32,000 nt of DNA. It comes from Corynebacterium amycolatum (GTDB lineage: Bacteria > Actinomycetota > Actinomycetes > Mycobacteriales > Mycobacteriaceae). The notes beneath the pieces were generated by a model, which saw only the letters and a program-made list of their open reading frames with translations, ran no database searches and was not told the origin of the DNA. Every line of letters begins with the position of its first letter. The stretch's first letter is position 1. Both the position numbers and the translations under genes were made by a program. Shown here in pieces: positions 27,482 through 32,000 of this stretch. Location: assembly GCF_049243625.1 (NCBI RefSeq), contig NZ_CP046975.1, one strand, 5' to 3'.

Positions 27482-27970
27482 ATGGAGCCGCTTAATCTAT
27501 TAATCCCCGAGAATTCTGCGCTGCAGCCGGTCGACCCCGCGCTGGCTAATGTGAAGCGAATCGCGCACGCCGCTCCCCTGCTAGTTATCACGATCGCAGC
27601 TGTCGTCGCCGCTGTGATGTGGTCTCCGTGGATGTGGTTAGGTGTCCTCGCCTGCGTGCTCTACTTCGCATATATCTACTGGCTCATCGGCCGCCGAGTT
27701 CGTGCCCACCGGTACCTCGAAGGGGACAACGACTTCATCGTTGCTTCCGGACGCTGGTGGCGCTCGATCACTGTCATTCCCTACGGACGGATTCAGTTCA
27801 TCGACATCGATGAAGGACCCCTCCTTCGACTATTCGGGCTGGCAACACTGAAGCTCAACACAGCATCGGCGAGCTCGGATGCTGCCGTCCACGGTTTGCC
27901 ACGCGAAGAAGCTCTCGCCCTGCGCACCCGTCTATCTCAGCGTGCTCATGACCGGATGGCGGGTCTCTAA
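27482..27970 (+). CDS. Membrane protein with one bacterial PH (bPH_2/YdbS-like) domain
   Basis: 162 aa with a TM hairpin (LLVITIAAVVAAVMWSPWMWLGVLACVLYFAYIYWLI) followed by a bPH_2-type block (RWWRSITVIPYGRIQFIDIDEGPLLRLFGLATLKLNTAS). Confidence 0.8.
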   Translation: MEPLNLLIPENSALQPVDPALANVKRIAHAAPLLVITIAAVVAAVMWSPWMWLGVLACVLYFAYIYWLIGRRVRAHRYLEGDNDFIVASGRWWRSITVIPYGRIQFIDIDEGPLLRLFGLATLKLNTASASSDAAVHGLPREEALALRTRLSQRAHDRMAGL

Positions 27971-29350
27971 ATGAAGCATAGAGTTCATCCACTATCCCCG
28001 CTGCTCAAAAGCTTCGCCACAATCGCTGCGGTGATTGCATTCGCAGTTGCGAATCAGTGGCAATTGGCCGTTGCTGTCGTGACTCAGCTCTACGACTGGG
28101 CATGGCTCGGCCTGCTTATCGGTACCGGTGCGGTCGCCATAATTATCGGCCTGATTGCTCTGTTCTCGTGGTTGTCCTGGAGGTATACGTTCTACGAACT
28201 TACCGACGATGAGGTTCGCTACGGCTCCGGATGGCTACTGCGTTCTCGACGCGCGGCAAGGCTCGACCGCGTGCAGGCGGTCGATATCAACCAACCATTG
28301 TTGGCGCGCATTTTCGGGCTCGCGGAAATTGTCATTGAAACAGCTGGCGGCTCCGATTCACACTTCGCAATCAAATACCTCACTCCCCCGCAGTGCGAAC
28401 GGTTCCGCGCCGACGTGTTGGGTGAGGTAGAAAAGCTGGACACCGAACTGGCGCATTCGCTTTACGACGGCGACAGCCCCGCCGCTGCTCAAGCCTCCAA
28501 CGCCCACATGTCCTCCCGCATGTCCGACACGAAGACCATCTTTGGCCCTGTCGATGTCGGACGGTTGGTCGCATCCGTGGCCATTGGCCCCGGTCTTTTC
28601 GTAGGCATAGCCCTTGTCCTCCTCGCCGTTGTCTCTGCGCTGTTCACCGACTTCATCGTGGAAATCCTCAGCGGAGTAACCATCACTACTCTGATTGTGA
28701 TTGGCAGTTTCGCGCTCGGCCTTTTCGGAGTACTAAATCAGTCGTGGGATTTCACGCTGAAGGTGTCGTCGGAAAGCAGACGTCTGGCAATTACCGCCGG
28801 ACTGTTGTCGACACGCGCTCAAACCATTCCCATTGATCGCATTCATGGCTTTAAAGTGGCGCAACCGCTCTGGTGGCGCCCGTGGAAATGGTCCCGTGCG
28901 GATGTCTCGGTGGCGGGCTATGGCCTGGACAGCACACAGTCGAACAACGCACTGGTGCCCGTGGCGCCGGCGGCGGAGACCGATACGATTGTCGATGATT
29001 TGATGACTGAGATTGCGGGACCGGCCTCTGGCGATGACCTGTTGTGCTCCTGGCAGACTCCACGCACGGCATGGTGGCTCAGCCCAATTGACTGGAAATT
29101 TCAAAAGGTGCAGGCCACGCGGCGGGGGCTGTTGGTGACCAAGGGTCGGTTCTGGCACACGCGGTTCATAGTCCCCTGGCAGCGTATTCAGGGGCATACG
29201 CTAACCATTTCTCCGCTGAAGAAAGCAGCGGGCGTGGCGAACGTGCGAATCGACATGGTGCCAGGAACTGTCACACCGGTGGCAACGGAGTTGGCGCTGG
29301 CTGATGCGTATCAACTCGCCGCGCTGATTCAGGAACACAAGGCTGTTTAA
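27971..29350 (+). CDS. Membrane protein with repeated bacterial PH domains (YdbT-like)
   Basis: 459 aa. The ATG directly follows the upstream TAA. It has repeated TM-hairpin + bPH_2-like units (e.g. RLDRVQAVDINQPLLARIFGLAEIVIETAG; IPIDRIHGFKVAQPLWWRPWKWSRADVSVAG; WQRIQGHTLTISPLKKAAGVANVRIDM). Confidence 0.8.
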   Translation: MKHRVHPLSPLLKSFATIAAVIAFAVANQWQLAVAVVTQLYDWAWLGLLIGTGAVAIIIGLIALFSWLSWRYTFYELTDDEVRYGSGWLLRSRRAARLDRVQAVDINQPLLARIFGLAEIVIETAGGSDSHFAIKYLTPPQCERFRADVLGEVEKLDTELAHSLYDGDSPAAAQASNAHMSSRMSDTKTIFGPVDVGRLVASVAIGPGLFVGIALVLLAVVSALFTDFIVEILSGVTITTLIVIGSFALGLFGVLNQSWDFTLKVSSESRRLAITAGLLSTRAQTIPIDRIHGFKVAQPLWWRPWKWSRADVSVAGYGLDSTQSNNALVPVAPAAETDTIVDDLMTEIAGPASGDDLLCSWQTPRTAWWLSPIDWKFQKVQATRRGLLVTKGRFWHTRFIVPWQRIQGHTLTISPLKKAAGVANVRIDMVPGTVTPVATELALADAYQLAALIQEHKAV

Positions 29351-29457
29351 AAGGTGTTTCATGAGGTCTCCTAGGACAGCCGACTCGCGCGGTTTTGTGG
29401 GATCTCGCAGGAAAACTCCCTCTGCAGGCTAGCGGCATAGTCATTACGCTGGGATGC

Positions 29458-31269
29458 ATGACTATCGCCAAGAAAGATTACGAGTGGTACCGCAGCGCGG
29501 TGTTCTATGAGGTGCTCGTCCGAGCCTTCTTTGACTCCGACAACAACGGCTCCGGCGACCTCAAAGGGCTGACGGAAAAGCTCGATTATCTGCAGTGGCT
29601 GGGCGTTGACTGCCTCTGGTTGCCGCCTTTCTACGACTCCCCGCTGCGCGACGGCGGTTACGATATCCGCGACTTCCGCGCCGTTCTCGACGAGTTTGGC
29701 ACGGTCGAGGATTTCAAGGTGCTTCTCGACGAGGCCCATGCGCGCGGTATCCGCGTTATTACTGACCTGGTGATGAACCACACTTCCGATAGCCATGAGT
29801 GGTTCCAGCAGTCACGCACCGACCCAGACGGCCCCTACGGCGACTTTTATGTCTGGACCGATGACCCGGACACCTACTCGGGCGCACGCATTATTTTCGT
29901 GGATACCGAGGATTCCAACTGGACCTACGACCCGGTGCGTGGCCAGTACTACTGGCACCGGTTCTTCTCCCACCAGCCAGATCTGAATTACGACAATCCG
30001 GCGGTGCAGGAAGCAATGCTCGATGTGCTGCGCTTCTGGTCGGATCTCGGCATTGACGGCTTCCGCCTCGACGCTGTTCCTTATCTCTTCGAGCGCGAAG
30101 GTACTAACTGCGAGAATCTGCCCGAGACCCACGCTTTTCTGAAGCGCTGCCGCAAGGTCATGGATGAGGAATACCCGGGTCGCGTCCTGCTGGCGGAGGC
30201 CAACCAGTGGCCCTCCGATGTGGTGGAATACTTCGGCGACCCGGAGGTCGGTGGCGACGAATGCCACATGGCTTTCCACTTCCCGCTCATGCCACGCATT
30301 TTCATGGCGGTGCGCAAGCAGTCCCGCTTTCCCATCTCGGAGATCCTGGAGTCCACGCCAGAGATTCCCTCTTCGGCTCAGTGGGGTATTTTCCTGCGCA
30401 ACCACGATGAGCTGACGTTGGAAATGGTCACCGATGCCGAGCGCGACTACATGTACGCCGAGTATGCGCACGATCCACGGATGAAGGCCAACATCGGCAT
30501 TCGCCGTCGGCTAGCGCCATTGCTGCAAAATGACCGCACCCAACTCGAGCTTTTCAACGCCCTGTTGTTGTCCCTACCGGGTTCGCCGGTGCTCTACTAC
30601 GGGGACGAAATTGGTATGGGCGACAACATATGGCTCGGCGACCGCGATGGCGTGCGCACCCCCATGCAGTGGTCGCCCGACCGCAATGCCGGGTTCTCCA
30701 AGGCTGACCCGGGTCGGCTCTACCTGCCCACTATTCAGGATGCGACCTACGGCTACCAGGCGGTCAATGTCGAAAACCAGGCGAGCTACTCCAACTCCCT
30801 GTTGAATTGGGTGCGTCGACTAATTCAGGTCCGCAAACGCTATGAGGCTTTTGGACTCGGTGATTTCCGCGAGTTAAACAGCGACACGGCCTCTGTTCTG
30901 ACTTATTTGCGCACATTCGGCGACGAAGTACTGCTGTGCGTCAACAACCTGTCCTCCTATCCCGCGGCCGTCTCACTAGATCTGTCCGAGTTCGCCGGTG
31001 CCACACCGGTAGAGCTCACGGGTTCGGTACCCTTCCCCACAATTGGCTCCGATTCCTACCAAATCACGCTTCCTGGCCACGGTTTCTACTGGTTCGAAAT
31101 CCAGCTTCCGCCGGAGACAAACGCCGAATCGAGCGTCTCAATGTCCGCGCTGACAATCCCGGTTGCACAGGCGATATCGGACGCGCCGGTGACGTCATCA
31201 CGCGAGCACTCTGGCACCGCCACCGATGCCAATGCCGATGCCGTCACAAACGCCGATAATAGAGAGTGA
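29458..31269 (+). CDS. treS: Trehalose synthase / maltose alpha-D-glucosyltransferase (GH13)
   Basis: I prefer the ATG at 29458 ([27 protein letters not shown]...). GH13 catalytic blocks are present: [34 protein letters not shown] low-complexity C-terminal tail of about 50 aa follows. Confidence 0.93.
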   Translation: MTIAKKDYEWYRSAVFYEVLVRAFFDSDNNGSGDLKGLTEKLDYLQWLGVDCLWLPPFYDSPLRDGGYDIRDFRAVLDEFGTVEDFKVLLDEAHARGIRVITDLVMNHTSDSHEWFQQSRTDPDGPYGDFYVWTDDPDTYSGARIIFVDTEDSNWTYDPVRGQYYWHRFFSHQPDLNYDNPAVQEAMLDVLRFWSDLGIDGFRLDAVPYLFEREGTNCENLPETHAFLKRCRKVMDEEYPGRVLLAEANQWPSDVVEYFGDPEVGGDECHMAFHFPLMPRIFMAVRKQSRFPISEILESTPEIPSSAQWGIFLRNHDELTLEMVTDAERDYMYAEYAHDPRMKANIGIRRRLAPLLQNDRTQLELFNALLLSLPGSPVLYYGDEIGMGDNIWLGDRDGVRTPMQWSPDRNAGFSKADPGRLYLPTIQDATYGYQAVNVENQASYSNSLLNWVRRLIQVRKRYEAFGLGDFRELNSDTASVLTYLRTFGDEVLLCVNNLSSYPAAVSLDLSEFAGATPVELTGSVPFPTIGSDSYQITLPGHGFYWFEIQLPPETNAESSVSMSALTIPVAQAISDAPVTSSREHSGTATDANADAVTNADNRE

Positions 31270-31301
31270 TCTTTTAAGTCCCGAAAGGCGAATGAACTGA
31301 A

Positions 31302-32000
31302 ATGACTATTCCCACCGCCGATTTCATTGCCGAAGAGCTGGCAGACACACTGGTCAGGATGCGCTTTTTCGCTGACAAGGTCTCAGACATCGACCACGTC
31401 GAGATCCTCGCGCTTGACCCCGTACTGCGCGACAATCCCAACAGTCCCGATGTCGATATCGCATTGGTGAGAGTGCACACCGCCCATTCCGCACCGACCT
31501 ATCAGCTGCCCATCGCTTGGGCGCAGGACGTCCCCGAGGGCCACGAGCAGTCCCTACTGGTTCGCGCCGAGGGCATCGTCGGCTACGACGCTCTGATCGA
31601 TTCGGATGCCATCACGGCACTCGGCCAGAAGCTTTCCGACGAAGGCAAGCTCGGCCGCATGGAACTGCGGCGTGTGCCGGGCTCTGAGCAGCCCCGACCG
31701 GAATCCGGCCGCCCTATGGGAGTCGAACAGTCGAATACCTCGGTCATTTTCGACGACCGCGTGATGTGCAAGTTCTTCCGTCGCCTCTACCCCGGCACTA
31801 ATGCCGATGTGGAGCTGCTGGCCGCACTGGCCCAGGCGGATTGCAAGTTCGTCCCTGAGCTCTACTCCTGGGTAGAGACCACTATTGGCGAGGACACCTA
31901 CACCACCGCCATGCTGCAGGAATTCGCACCGAACTCGGTCGATGGCTGGGAGCTGGCTCTTGGCGCAGTCCGCGACGCCATCCGCGACAGTCAGACCCCG
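31302..32000 (+). CDS. pep2: Maltokinase (Pep2/Mak), first 233 codons (3' end lies beyond the window end)
   Basis: Absent from the ORF track because it has no stop in the window. Hand translation from ATG 31302 stays open to 32000: MTIPTADFIAEELADTLVRMRFFADK...GVEQSNTSVIFDDRVMCKFFRRLYPGTNADVELLAAL... This EQSNTSV block and the position right after treS are typical of Mak. GAAAGG lies about 13 nt upstream. Confidence 0.85.
   Translation, partial: MTIPTADFIAEELADTLVRMRFFADKVSDIDHVEILALDPVLRDNPNSPDVDIALVRVHTAHSAPTYQLPIAWAQDVPEGHEQSLLVRAEGIVGYDALIDSDAITALGQKLSDEGKLGRMELRRVPGSEQPRPESGRPMGVEQSNTSVIFDDRVMCKFFRRLYPGTNADVELLAALAQADCKFVPELYSWVETTIGEDTYTTAMLQEFAPNSVDGWELALGAVRDAIRDSQTP

Noticed and set aside
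31091-31102. tRNA T-arm-like string GGTTCGAAATCC
   Set aside because: It lies inside the treS coding frame (YWFEIQ) and has one extra base relative to the GGTTCGAATCC consensus. No acceptor or anticodon stems can be drawn around it.
31274-31771. Two minus-strand track ORFs (31274-31480, 31583-31771)
   Set aside because: Both are antisense to the clearly maltokinase-like plus frame that runs from 31302 to the window end.
1-32000. Scanned for CRISPR arrays, IS elements or terminal inverted repeats, integrases, prophage or toxin-antitoxin cassettes, and rRNA/tRNA genes
   Set aside because: I found no regularly spaced 25-40-bp repeats, no transposase- or integrase-like ORFs and no structured RNA genes. 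The gene order matches conserved Mycobacteriales core synteny, which argues against a horizontally acquired island. The possible exceptions are the small RNase gene and the AT-richer spacers noted above.

Overview
GC-rich actinobacterial core chromosome. Gene content and order look like Corynebacterium or another member of the Mycobacteriales; that assignment rests on remembered synteny, not a search. Left to right: dnaG (partial, minus), a membrane-anchored RNase Sa/T1-family ribonuclease (plus), dgt (minus), a TPM-domain membrane protein (plus), then glyS followed by two coupled unknown ORFs (minus), and zur (plus). Next comes a tightly packed ~10 kb minus-strand array: unknown ORF, hemW, hrcA, dnaJ, rsmE, phoH, ybeY, CNNM/CorC-type protein, era, recO, uppS. 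After that come fadD (minus), malQ (plus), dcp (minus), a type-B carboxylesterase (plus), a YdbS/YdbT-like PH-domain pair (plus), treS (plus) and partial pep2/mak (plus). Two real genes are missing from the ORF track because they run off the window edges: dnaG (1-1449, minus) and the maltokinase (31302-32000, plus). I translated both by hand. I saw no rRNA, tRNA, CRISPR array, transposase, integrase or prophage signature, so this is mostly housekeeping DNA rather than an accessory island. No defence-island-like system is evident, and every functional idea about the unknown ORFs is inference. Items most worth a second look: (1) DnaG has lost 3 of the 4 canonical zf-CHC2 zinc ligands. (2) glyS is coupled by a TAATG overlap to two uncharacterised ORFs. 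(3) A catalytically intact secreted or anchored RNase Sa-like gene sits between dnaG and dgt with no adjacent barstar-like inhibitor. (4) Degenerate 10-bp repeats phased at exactly 10 bp lie upstream of an unknown gene that is coupled to hemW. (5) Hydrophobic mini-ORFs below the track threshold lie in two AT-richer intergenic spacers.
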